NCBI GenBank assembly: GCA_965228475.1
Contig: OZ245817.1
Span: 4,942,158-5,006,157, forward strand
Reading direction: 5' to 3'
Length of the DNA stretch: 64,000 bases
From: Myxococcota bacterium
GTDB lineage: Bacteria > Myxococcota_A > UBA9160 > JAFDDA01
The notes beneath the pieces are model-generated. The model saw only the letters and a program-made list of their open reading frames with translations. It was not told the DNA's origin and ran no database searches. Positions 41,144-50,350 of this stretch are shown here, one piece after another. The translations under genes and the position numbers were made by a program. Numbering within the stretch: position 1 is the first letter of the stretch; every line of letters begins with the position of its first letter.

Positions 41144-41815
41144 TCACTGCATGCGGCAGGTGTAGCTGTACCGAATGGCGAAGTCGCCGCCGCCCCATCC
41201 GCTTTGGGACGAGCCTTCCTTGCGGGTCGCGCCCGTCGTCCGCGTGGCTCCGTGCGCGCACAGGAGGGCGCCGGAGGTGCAGGAGTAGCCGCGGCTCGTG
41301 CCGGCGCGCGTCCAACCCGAGGGGCACGGGTGCGAGATCGTATCGTCGAGGTACTCGTAGCACTCGTAGCGGAACTGGTGCGGCGCGCTCAGGTTGGAGA
41401 GCTCGGTCATGCCGTAGCCGGCGGAGCAGGCGGGGCTCGCGACCTGCCCGCAGGAGTAGAAGCCGTGGGGATGATCCGGCCGGAGCTCCTTCGTGAAGCC
41501 GGGCGAGCACTCGCCGACGAGACCCAGGGGCCGGTTCGGGAGAGCCGGTCCGGCCTGGGGGCTCGCTTCGAAGGCCCGGGCGTCGCCGCGCATCGGCTGG
41601 GGGCGGTGGGCCGGGATCTGCCGGCCGGGCCGGACCGCTTCGCTCTTCGGGCTCACGCTTCGCTCCATCGCGGGCTTCTTCTCGACCGGCTCGAGCTCCT
41701 TCGAGGCGGAGGGCGCCGCGCCCATCCGGGGCTGGGCCTGCGCCGAGCCGGCCAGCGGGGCCGCGCCGAGCGTCGAGGCCAGGGCGAGGGCCAGGGTCGT
41801 CGTCGTCCATCTCAC
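41144..41815 (-). CDS. Secreted protein with four Cys-pair repeats
   Basis: Signal peptide ending AQA; CSPGF..YSC, CSAGY..YEC, CPSGW..YSC, CAHG..YTC. Confidence 0.7.
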   Translation of the reverse strand: MRWTTTTLALALASTLGAAPLAGSAQAQPRMGAAPSASKELEPVEKKPAMERSVSPKSEAVRPGRQIPAHRPQPMRGDARAFEASPQAGPALPNRPLGLVGECSPGFTKELRPDHPHGFYSCGQVASPACSAGYGMTELSNLSAPHQFRYECYEYLDDTISHPCPSGWTRAGTSRGYSCTSGALLCAHGATRTTGATRKEGSSQSGWGGGDFAIRYSYTCRMQ

Positions 41816-41857
41816 GGGGGTCCTCCGGGCGAGCGGCCATCATGAACCGCAGGAGTG

Positions 41858-41885
41858 TAGACGTCGAGCCCGGTCTCGGGATTCA
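41858..41885 (-). promoter_or_regulatory. Possible ECF-sigma promoter
   Basis: Minus strand TGAAT-N17-CGTCTA upstream of the Cys-rich gene. Confidence 0.3.
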
Positions 41886-41903
41886 GGCCCGGCGAGGGGG
41901 CCC

Positions 41904-42998
41904 TTAGGCGCCCGTCCGGAAGTAGACCACGTCGCCGTCCCTCACGACGTACTCCTTGCCCTCGATGCGGGTCTGGCCCCGGGACTTGGCCTCGGCCTCG
42001 CTGCCGGCGGCCACGAACTCGTCGTAGGCCGTGACCTCGGCGCGGATGAACTTCGCCTCGAAGTCGCTGTGGATGGTCCCGGCGGCGGCCGGGGCGGCGG
42101 TGCCGCTGCGGATCGTCCAGGCGCGGGTTTCCGTCGGCCCGGTGGTGAGGAAGGTGATCAGGCCGAGCAGTTCGTAGGCGGCGTGGATCAGGCGATGGAG
42201 GCCCGGTTCAGCGACGCCGAGCTCGGCCAGGAACTCGCCCTTCTCTTCGTCGTCGAGGGCGGCGAGCTCGGCTTCGATCTTGCCGCACAGGCGCACCGTG
42301 CCCGCGCCCTGCTTCTGGGCGAACTCTTCGAGCCGGCGGCTCGTGTCGTTCCCTTCGGCGAGGCTGCCTTCGTCGACGTTCGCGACGTAGAGCACGGGCT
42401 TCGCCGTCAGCAGGTGACAATCGCGGAAGAGCTTGCGCTGCGCGTCGGGGACGGAGAAGGTGCGGGCGGGTTTGCCGTCGCCGACGTGGTCGCGCAGGCC
42501 CTGGAGGAAGTCCGCCGCGGCGCGCAGCTCCTTGTCGCCGCTCTTCGCGCCCTTCTTGGTTCGGTCGAGGCGGCGCTCGAGGGTGTCGAGGTCCGCGAGG
42601 CCGAGCTCCGTCTCGATGGTCTCGACGTCGCGCAGCGGATCCACGCTGCCCTCGACGTGGACGACGTTCTCGTCCTCGAAGCAGCGCACGACGTGGGCGA
42701 TGGCGTCGACCTCCCGGATGTGGGAGAGGAACTGGTTGCCGAGCCCTTCGCCCTGGCTCGCCCCGCGCACGAGGCCGGCGATGTCGACGAACTCGACGGT
42801 GGTCGGCACGACCTGCGCGGACTTCGAGATGCCCGCGAGCACCGCGAGCCGTTCGTCCGGCACCGGGACGACGCCCGTGTTCGGCTCGATCGTGCAGAAG
42901 GGGTAGTTCTCGGCCGCGATCTCGTTCGCGGTGAGCGCGTTGAAGATGGTGCTCTTCCCCACGTTGGGGAGGCCCACGATGCCGCATTGAAGGCTCAT
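41904..42998 (-). CDS. ychF: Ribosome-binding ATPase YchF
   Basis: [36 protein letters not shown]-terminal EGKEYVV.DGD. Confidence 0.97.
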   Translation of the reverse strand: MSLQCGIVGLPNVGKSTIFNALTANEIAAENYPFCTIEPNTGVVPVPDERLAVLAGISKSAQVVPTTVEFVDIAGLVRGASQGEGLGNQFLSHIREVDAIAHVVRCFEDENVVHVEGSVDPLRDVETIETELGLADLDTLERRLDRTKKGAKSGDKELRAAADFLQGLRDHVGDGKPARTFSVPDAQRKLFRDCHLLTAKPVLYVANVDEGSLAEGNDTSRRLEEFAQKQGAGTVRLCGKIEAELAALDDEEKGEFLAELGVAEPGLHRLIHAAYELLGLITFLTTGPTETRAWTIRSGTAAPAAAGTIHSDFEAKFIRAEVTAYDEFVAAGSEAEAKSRGQTRIEGKEYVVRDGDVVYFRTGA

Positions 42999-44134
42999 CC
43001 GGCGTCCTGCCCTCGCTGTTGCTGCTGGTAGTTCTCGAGGAATTCCTTGCGCCAGGCATCGTAGCGCCCGGCCAGAATCGCGTCGCGCGCGCCCTCCATG
43101 AGGCGCTGGTAGAAGCGGACGTTGTGCACCGCCGTGTAGACGGCGCCGAGGATCTCGTTCGTGTTGAAGAGATGGTTCATGTACGCGCGGCTCACGCCCG
43201 CCGCGCAGGTCGTGCAATCGCAGGAGAGGTCGATCGGGTACTTGTCCCGGCGGTAGCGGCGGTGGGTGAGCCGGATGCGCCCGCGCGACGTGAAGGCCGT
43301 GGCGCTCCGCGCATAGCGGGTGGGGATGACGCAGTCGAACAGATCGATGCCGTAGCCGATCGCCGCGACGAGATCCTCGGGCAGGCCGACGCCCATCAGG
43401 TAGCGCGGCTTGTCCTCGGGCAGGAGCGGCGCGGCGTACTCGGTGATCTCGCAGAGGAGCTCGTGCCCCTCGCCGACGGAGACGCCGCCGATCGCGTAGC
43501 CCGGGAAGTCGAGGGCGGCGAGCGAAGCGGCGCAGGATTCGCGCAGGCCGCGGAAGGTGCTGCCCTGGACGATCGCGAACAGCGCCTGGTCCTTCCGGGT
43601 ATGCGCCGCCTGGCAGCGCTGGGCCCAGTCGATCGTGCGACGCACGCCCTGGGCGGCGAGCTTCTCCGTCGCCGGGTAGGGCGTGCACTCGTCGAAGGCC
43701 ATGATGATGTCCGCGCCGAGCTGCTCCTGGATCTGCATGGAGCGCTCGGGCGTGAGGTTCATCTCCTTGCCGTCGACCTCGTTGCGGAAGACGACGCCCT
43801 CGTCGCTGAGCTTCTTCTTCTTGTCGGGGAGGCTGAAGACCTGGAAGCCGCCCGAGTCCGTGAGGATCGGGCCGTCCCAACCCATGAACGAGTGAAGGCC
43901 GCCCATCTTGGCGACGAGGCCCTCGCCGGGCCGGAGGGCCAGGTGGTAGGTGTTGGCCAGGACGACCTGGGTGCCCGCGGCCCGCACCTGCTCCGGCGCC
44001 AGCCCGCGCACGGCGGCGTTCGTGCCCACCACCATGAAGGACGGGGTGCGGACGGGACCGTGGGGAGTGGTGAAGGTGGCGGCCCGGGCTCGCCCCGACC
44101 GGCCCTCGAGCGCCAGCCGGAAGGAATCGGACAC
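42995..44134 (-). CDS. tgt: Queuine tRNA-ribosyltransferase
   Basis: NTYHL, TDSGGFQVFSL, FDEC, YLMGVG, FDCVIPTR, CDCTTC...HN zinc site. Confidence 0.95.
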   Translation of the reverse strand: MSDSFRLALEGRSGRARAATFTTPHGPVRTPSFMVVGTNAAVRGLAPEQVRAAGTQVVLANTYHLALRPGEGLVAKMGGLHSFMGWDGPILTDSGGFQVFSLPDKKKKLSDEGVVFRNEVDGKEMNLTPERSMQIQEQLGADIIMAFDECTPYPATEKLAAQGVRRTIDWAQRCQAAHTRKDQALFAIVQGSTFRGLRESCAASLAALDFPGYAIGGVSVGEGHELLCEITEYAAPLLPEDKPRYLMGVGLPEDLVAAIGYGIDLFDCVIPTRYARSATAFTSRGRIRLTHRRYRRDKYPIDLSCDCTTCAAGVSRAYMNHLFNTNEILGAVYTAVHNVRFYQRLMEGARDAILAGRYDAWRKEFLENYQQQQRGQDAG

Positions 44135-44179
44135 GGGGAGGCCTAGCCGGCCGTCTTGCGCGAGGCGGACACGGGAGGC

Positions 44180-44308
44180 CTAGCGGTAGGTCTTGCGGAC
44201 GCCCGAGCTCTGGCGCTTGCGGCGGCGCTGGTGCTTGGCCTTCTGCTTGGCGCGGTAGCGCGAGGACTTGCCCCGGTTTCGGTGGGGAAGCGGCTTGGCC
44301 TTCTTCAT
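44180..44308 (-). CDS. 42-aa highly basic protein, candidate ribosome-associated protein
   Basis: MKKAKPLPHRNRGKSSRYRAKQKAKHQRRRKRQSSGVRKTYR; GGAG 8 nt upstream; GC3-rich codons. Confidence 0.65.
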   Translation of the reverse strand: MKKAKPLPHRNRGKSSRYRAKQKAKHQRRRKRQSSGVRKTYR

Positions 44309-44459
44309 GGCGGAGGCTCCGTCGGACGACTCAAAAGGGTTCTGGGGGCGGGGCCGCTGGCCTCGCCTGGGGCGCCGGACTCTAGGGGAGACCCCGGCTA
44401 AAGTCCACCACATGGCCCCCACGACCCCCGAGGCGCCCGGCGCAGCCGCGCTCGAGCGC

Positions 44460-45620
44460 ATGATGGATTTCGAGCTCAACGAGGACCAGCGCCTCGTCCG
44501 CAAGACCGTCCGTGAGTTCGCCGAGAAGGAGCTCCTCCCCCACGTCGAGCGCTACGAGGAGGAGGCCCGCTACCCGGTCGAGCTGATCGCGAAGCTCCCG
44601 CCCCTGGGCCTGATGGGCCCCATGATCCCCGAGCAGTACGGCGGCTCCTTCAGCGACGTCCTCACCTACGGGGTGATCTGCGAGGAGCTGGCCCGGGTCG
44701 ACTGGGTCGTGGCCTCGGTGGTGAGCGTCGCGAACTCGCTGCTGGCGAGCAGCCTGCTCGGCCACGGCACCGAGGAGCAGAAGGAGAAGTGGCTCCCGAA
44801 GATCGCCTCGGGCGAGGTGCTCTGCTCGGCGTGCCTGACCGAGCCCGGCGGCGGGACCGACCTCGGCAACCTGCGCACGACGGCCCGCAAGGTCGAGGGC
44901 GGCTGGCGCCTCGACGGCACGAAGGTCTTCATCTCCCATGCCGCGCACGCCGGGCTCTTCCTGGTGGTGGCGAGCGTCGACCTCGCGAAGAAGCACAAGG
45001 GCGTGACGGCCTTCCTGCTCGACCCGCACGAATCCGCCGAGGGCCTCACCATCGGCGAGTTCCCGATGCGGACGCTGAAGCGCGACAACCTGGCCGAGGT
45101 CCACTTCGAGGATTGCTTCGTGCCGGATGCGAACCTGCTCGGCGAGCCGGGCCGCGGCTTCCCGATCCTCGGCGGCGCCCTCGATACCGGCCGCTTCTCG
45201 GTGGCCGCCCGCTGCGTCGGCCAGGCCCAGCGCTGCCTCGACCTCGCCGCGCCCTACGCGATGGAGCGCGAGGCCTTCGGCCAGAAGATCGGCGACTTCC
45301 AGATGATCCAGGAGAAGGTCGCGGACATGGTGGTCCGCACCGAGGCGGCGCGGCTGCTCGTCTACCGCCTCGGCCGCATGAAGGACGCGGGCGTTCCGCG
45401 GGCCTCGCTCGAATCCTCGATCGCGAAGCTCCACTCGAGCCAGGCCGCCGTCGCCAACGCGCTCGACGCGATCCAGATCCACGGGGGCTACGGCCTCTCC
45501 GCGGAGTACGAGATCGGGCGGCTGCTCCTCGAGGCGAAGTCCCTCGAGTTCGGCGAGGGAACGAGCGAGCTGCACAAGAAACTGATTGCCGAGTTCGCCC
45601 TCGGCCTGCGCAAGCAATAG
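44460..45620 (+). CDS. Acyl-CoA dehydrogenase
   Basis: MDFELNEDQ, LTEPGGGTD, GTKVFI, REAFGQKI, QIHGGYG, GEGTSE; start could be 44412 or 44463. Confidence 0.93.
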   Translation: MMDFELNEDQRLVRKTVREFAEKELLPHVERYEEEARYPVELIAKLPPLGLMGPMIPEQYGGSFSDVLTYGVICEELARVDWVVASVVSVANSLLASSLLGHGTEEQKEKWLPKIASGEVLCSACLTEPGGGTDLGNLRTTARKVEGGWRLDGTKVFISHAAHAGLFLVVASVDLAKKHKGVTAFLLDPHESAEGLTIGEFPMRTLKRDNLAEVHFEDCFVPDANLLGEPGRGFPILGGALDTGRFSVAARCVGQAQRCLDLAAPYAMEREAFGQKIGDFQMIQEKVADMVVRTEAARLLVYRLGRMKDAGVPRASLESSIAKLHSSQAAVANALDAIQIHGGYGLSAEYEIGRLLLEAKSLEFGEGTSELHKKLIAEFALGLRKQ

Positions 45621-45634
45621 AGGTGGGGGAAATC

Positions 45635-46192
45635 GTGTCTCTCGAAACGGCGCGCCGCGAACTGCTCGATCTGATCGTCGAGCTCTCCTTCGAGCGGCGG
45701 AAGGTCACCCTCGCGAGCGGCAAGGAGAGCGATTTCTACCTCGACCTGCGCAAGACGCTGATGCACCCGCGCGGAATGCGGCTCGCGGGTCAGCTCGCGC
45801 TGGCGAAGCTCATGCAGGGCGGGACGTTCGTCGACAGCGTCGGCGGCATGGCCGTCGGTGCGGTGCCCTTCGTCTCGGCGGTGCTCGCCGCGGCGTCCGA
45901 GGACGAGTCGAGCCCGCTGCGCGGGTTCTTCGTGCGCAAGGAAGCGAAGAAGCACGGCCTCGGCCGCCAGATCGAGGGAAGCTTCGCGCCCGGCCAGACC
46001 GTGGCGCTCGTCGAGGACACTACGACCACCGGCGGCTCGACCCTCGACGCGGTCACCCTCGTCGAGGAAGCCGGGGGCAAGGTCGCCCGCGTCCTGTGCA
46101 TCGTCGACCGCGGCGAGGGCGCCGTCGAAGCCTTCGCCGAGCGCGGGCTCACGCTCGAGCCGATCTTCCTGCGCGAAGACCTGCCCCTCTGA
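45635..46192 (+). CDS. pyrE: Orotate phosphoribosyltransferase
   Basis: LASGKESDFYLD, VRKEAKKHG, LVEDTTTTGGS, IVDR. Confidence 0.93.
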   Translation: MSLETARRELLDLIVELSFERRKVTLASGKESDFYLDLRKTLMHPRGMRLAGQLALAKLMQGGTFVDSVGGMAVGAVPFVSAVLAAASEDESSPLRGFFVRKEAKKHGLGRQIEGSFAPGQTVALVEDTTTTGGSTLDAVTLVEEAGGKVARVLCIVDRGEGAVEAFAERGLTLEPIFLREDLPL

Positions 46193-46199
46193 AGCGCCC

Positions 46200-46738
46200 A
46201 TGGAAGCCGGTGCGGAGATCCCGGAATCCCTGCTCGCGGAAGACGTCGTCGGTGTGAACCTCGCGCCGGGGACGCTGACCGATCAGCTCGCGCCGGGCCC
46301 GAACCTCTTCGTCTTCCTCCGCCACCTCGGCTGCGTCTTCTGCCGGGAGCAGGTCGCCCGGCTGCGCGAGGCCTCCGAGGCCGACCCGGACTTCCCCTCG
46401 GTGCTCTTCTTCTTCCAGGGCACGAGCACCGAAGGCCGCGTCTTCCTCTCCCGCTTCTGGCCCGGCGCGCGCGCGGTCGCCGACCGGCCGCTGCGCTTCT
46501 ACGGGGCGTTCGGCATCACGCGGGGCAGCCTTCGTCAGACCCTCGGCCCCGCCGTCTGGAGCGCGCAGCGACGCGCCCGCGCCGCCGGGTTCGAGCAGGG
46601 CGAGCGCTCCGGGACGTCTGGATGATGCCCGGCCTCTTCTGGGTCGAGGGCCGCCGCGTCCGCTGGCGCTACGAGTACCGCCACGCCGGCGACGCTCCGG
46701 ACTACGCGAGCCTGCCCGTCACCGTCGCCGCTGGGTAG
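46200..46738 (+). CDS. AhpC/TSA-like (peroxiredoxin-like 2 / SelL-related) redox protein, frameshifted near 46612
   Basis: FLRHLGCVFCRE; the conserved GDVWMMPGLF...RHAGD.PD C-terminus continues in the -1 frame to TAG at 46736-46738. Confidence 0.75.
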
Positions 46739-46747
46739 GGGTTCGTT

Positions 46748-48186
46748 CTAGCCGCGTCGCCAGAAGCTCGGCAGGAGCAGCAGGATCACGGTGTAGATCT
46801 CGAGGCGGCCGGCGATCATGCAGAACGAGAGCGCGAGCTTCGCGTAGGCCGGAAGCGCGTGGAACGATTCCGTCGGTCCGGTCTGGTTGAGGCCGGGACC
46901 GACGTTGCCGATCGCGGTCAACGCCGCCGTGAAGGCGCTCACGAGGTCGTACCCGGCGACGGACATCACCGCCGTCGCCCCCACCGCGATCAGGACATAG
47001 GCCAGCAAGAAGGCCCATATCCCATCGAGGACGTCCGCGGGGACGGGCTGGCCGTCGTGTTTCACGCGGCCGATGGAGCGGGGGTGGAGGGCTCGGCGAA
47101 GGGCCTGGCGCAGCACGCGCACGCCCATGATCACGCGGATGTCCTTCACGCCGCCGCTGGTCGAGCCCGCCATGCCACCGAGCACCATCAGCTGCAGCAG
47201 GATCACGAGGGCGAGAGGAGGCCAGGGGTCGAAGTCCGCGGTGGCGAAGCCCGTCGTCGTCATGATCGAGACGACCTGGAAGACGGCGCTGCGGATGACG
47301 TGGCCCTCTTCCATGCGCCCGTGGAACAGGATGGCGGCGATCGCCACGCTCGCGCCCGTGACCACGCCGAGGAAGTAGCGGAGCTCACGGTCTTTCGTCA
47401 CGCGGCGGAAGTCGCCGGCGAGCGCGCGGTAGTGCAGGCTGAAGTTGATTCCGCCGAGCAGCATGAACGCGATCACGATCCACTCGATCGTGCTGGATTC
47501 GAAGGCGCCGACGGAGGCGTTCCGCGTGGAGAAGCCGCCGGTCGATACGGTGGTCAGCGCGTGGCACGTCGCTTCGTAGACGGAGAGACCTGCATGCCAG
47601 AGGAGCAGGCCTTCGACCGCGGTGAACCGACGTAGATGAACATCAGTCGGCGCGCCGTCGAAGCGATGCGGGGCCGGAGCTTGTCCGTAGTGGGTCCGGG
47701 GATCTCGGCCTTGAACAGCTGCATCCCGCTCACGCCGAGCATCGGCAGGATGGCCATGCCGAAGACGATGATTCCCATGCCGCCGAGCCACTGGGTGATC
47801 GACCGCCAGAGCAGGAGCGAGTACGGCACCGCTTCGATGTCGTCGAAGACCGTCGACCCGGTGGTCGTGAAACCCGAGACGGCTTCGAAGAGCGAATCGA
47901 CCGGTTCGAGCACGTCGGCGATGGCGTAGGGCAGCGCGCCGAAGGACGAGACGAGGATCCAGCCGAGGGTCACGACGAGGAACCCGTCGCGGCTGCGCAG
48001 GGTGGCATCGCGCGGGCGGACCGAGGCCGCGACCGAGAGCCCCGTCACCAGGCAGGCGAGCGAACTCGCGACCAGGGGGAACGTCCGCTCGTGGAAGAGG
48101 AGCGCCGCACCGATCGGGATCCACTGGATCACGCCGACGGCGGCGAGCAGCGAGCCCAGGATCCGCAGGTCGAGCAGCGCGTTCAC
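46748..48186 (-). CDS. trkH: Trk system K+ uptake protein TrkH, frameshifted near 47627
   Basis: N-half FEAVSGFTTTGST and WLGGMGI in ORF 47554-48186; C-half STGGFS, TTTGF, AGSTSGG, GNVGPG, GRLE in ORF ending 46748. Confidence 0.88.
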
Positions 48187-48313
48187 GGAGACTCTCCTCC
48201 CGGAGGGACCCTCCGGGGTAGGCGGAATCTACCGCTTTTCACGGGGATGCGCGGCGCGGGCCGCGGCCACGAAACCCGGTCCGACGGAGTAGAATGCCCG
48301 GCCAGGAGGCCTC

Positions 48314-49807
48314 ATGACGCTGAATCTCGGAACCATCCTGCAGGCGAGCGCCAAGGCGCGGCCGGACCACCCGGCGATCCGCCTGAACGACTTCGCGCTC
48401 ACCTACGCCGAGCTCGATCGCGCCGCGCGGGGCGTGGCTCAGTCCCTCCTCGACCGCGGCATCGCCCCGGGCTCGAGCATCGCGATCATGATCCCCAACG
48501 TTCCGGAGTTCAGCGTCGCCTACTACGGCATCCTCTACGCCGGCTGCACGGTGGTCCCGCTGAACGTGCTGCTTTCGGCCCCCGAGGTGCAGTATCACCT
48601 CGAAGACTCGGAGTCCCAGCTGCTGTTCGCCCATCCGATGTTCACCGAGCCCGCGGCCGAAGGTGCGTCGGCGGCCGGTGTTCCGGTGGTCACCGCCGGC
48701 GGCGAAGGCGACGGGACCCTCGCGGCGATGACCGAGGCGGAGCCGGTGCCCGCCCTGCACCCGACGGGCGCCGAGGACACCGCCGTCATCCTCTACACCT
48801 CGGGGACCACCGGGAAGCCCAAGGGCGCCGAGCTCACCCACTCGAACCTGCTGCTCAACTGTGCGGTGGTCGTGCCGAAGCTCATGCCCCTCGGTCCGGA
48901 CGAAGTCGCCCTGGCCACGCTGCCGCTTTTCCACTCCTTCGGGCAGACCTGCATCCAGAACGCGATGATCTCCCTCGGCGCGACGATCACGCTGCTGCCG
49001 CGCTTCACGCCCGAGGACGCCCTCGGCGTGATCCAGCGCGACAAGGTCACGCTCTTCGCCGGCGTGCCGACCATGTACTTCGGCATCCTGAACCACGAGG
49101 GCGCCGACGCCTTCGACACCTCGAGCGTCCAGTGGTGCATGTGCGGCGGCGCGCCCATGCCCGTCGAGGTGATGAAGGCCTTCGAGGCGAAGTACGGCGT
49201 CAAGATTCTCGAGGGCTACGGGCTCTCGGAGACGTCCCCGGTGGCGAGCTTCAACGTGCTCGATCGCCCGCGGAAGGTCGGCTCGATCGGCTACCCGGTC
49301 TGGGGCGTCGAGATGTGCATCATGAACGAGAAGGACGAGCCGCTGCCCGACGAGGAGGTCGGCGAGATCTGCATCCGCGGCCACAACCTGATGAAGGGCT
49401 ACTGGCGCAAGGGCGAGGCCACGGCCGAGGCCATCCGCAACGGCTGGTTCCACTCGGGCGACGTCGGCAAGCGCGACGCCGACGGCAGCTACTTCATCGT
49501 CGATCGCAAGAAGGACATGATCATACGCGGCGGTTTCAACGTGTACCCGCGCGAGATCGAAGAGGTGCTCTACGCCCACGAGGCGATCGTCGAGGCCGCG
49601 GTGATCGGCGTCCCCCACGAGAGCCACGGCGAAGAGGTGAAGGCCGTGGTGGCGCTTGCCGCCGGAAAGACGCTCACCGCCGAGGAGGTGATCGCCTTCG
49701 CGAAGGAGAGCCTCGCCGCCTACAAGTACCCGCGCGTCGTCGAGTTCGTCGACGAGCTTCCGAAGGGCCCGACCGGGAAGATCCTGAAGCGGGCGCTCAA
49801 GGACTAG
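48314..49807 (+). CDS. Long-chain fatty-acid--CoA ligase
   Basis: YTSGTTGKPKG, EGYGLSE, SGD, DRKKDMIIRGGFNVYPRE, PTGKI. Confidence 0.93.
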   Translation: MTLNLGTILQASAKARPDHPAIRLNDFALTYAELDRAARGVAQSLLDRGIAPGSSIAIMIPNVPEFSVAYYGILYAGCTVVPLNVLLSAPEVQYHLEDSESQLLFAHPMFTEPAAEGASAAGVPVVTAGGEGDGTLAAMTEAEPVPALHPTGAEDTAVILYTSGTTGKPKGAELTHSNLLLNCAVVVPKLMPLGPDEVALATLPLFHSFGQTCIQNAMISLGATITLLPRFTPEDALGVIQRDKVTLFAGVPTMYFGILNHEGADAFDTSSVQWCMCGGAPMPVEVMKAFEAKYGVKILEGYGLSETSPVASFNVLDRPRKVGSIGYPVWGVEMCIMNEKDEPLPDEEVGEICIRGHNLMKGYWRKGEATAEAIRNGWFHSGDVGKRDADGSYFIVDRKKDMIIRGGFNVYPREIEEVLYAHEAIVEAAVIGVPHESHGEEVKAVVALAAGKTLTAEEVIAFAKESLAAYKYPRVVEFVDELPKGPTGKILKRALKD

Positions 49808-49916
49808 GGGCGCCGGCCCGCCCGGCGCTGGCCTGGCGAGGTGCCGGGAACCGGCGACGGTGAAGCCGCGGCGCTGCAGTCGGTTCGCGGCAGGGGCTCC
49901 GTGGGCGTCCTCCGGG

Positions 49917-49932
49917 TGGCACGGCTCGTGCA
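49917..49932 (+). promoter_or_regulatory. sigma54 (-24/-12) promoter
   Basis: TGGCACG-GCTC-GTGCA with GG-N10-GC spacing, 34 nt before the next ATG. Confidence 0.6.
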
Positions 49933-49966
49933 GTTTCCTCCGGCAGGCCATCGAACGGAGGACCCC

Positions 49967-50350
49967 ATGAACCAGACCACCGCCCAGACCCTGCAGCACG
50001 AAGAGCCCGAGATCGACCGCCGCGATACCGGCATCCGGATCGGGCTCACGATCCTCTATGCCATCGCCACGGAGATCCTGAACGGGATCGTCGGGCTGAT
50101 GGTGGTGTTCGGGCTCGTGTGGTCCTTCATCACGCGCCGCGCGCCCTCGCCGGGCCTGCGCGAAGCCGCCAACCGGCTGATCGCCTACGACTACCGCATC
50201 GCACGCTGGATGACGTGGAACGAGCAGGAGGCGCCCTTCCCCTTCACCGACTTCCCCGAGCCGCTCGAGGAATCGACCTGGGATCCGAGCCTTCGCGAGT
50301 CCGAGGACGTCGGCGTGCGGCTACGCGAGGAAGAGGACGAGGCGTACTAG
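49967..50350 (+). CDS. DUF4389-like membrane protein
   Basis: Two TM segments then Y..RW.TWN.E..PFPF.DFP pattern. Confidence 0.7.
   Translation: MNQTTAQTLQHEEPEIDRRDTGIRIGLTILYAIATEILNGIVGLMVVFGLVWSFITRRAPSPGLREAANRLIAYDYRIARWMTWNEQEAPFPFTDFPEPLEESTWDPSLRESEDVGVRLREEEDEAY

Noticed and set aside
46200..46738. Selenoprotein (UGA readthrough at 46623) in the SelL-related gene
   Set aside because: The redox motif is CxxC with normal Cys codons; the TGA arises from a frameshift and homology continues in another frame
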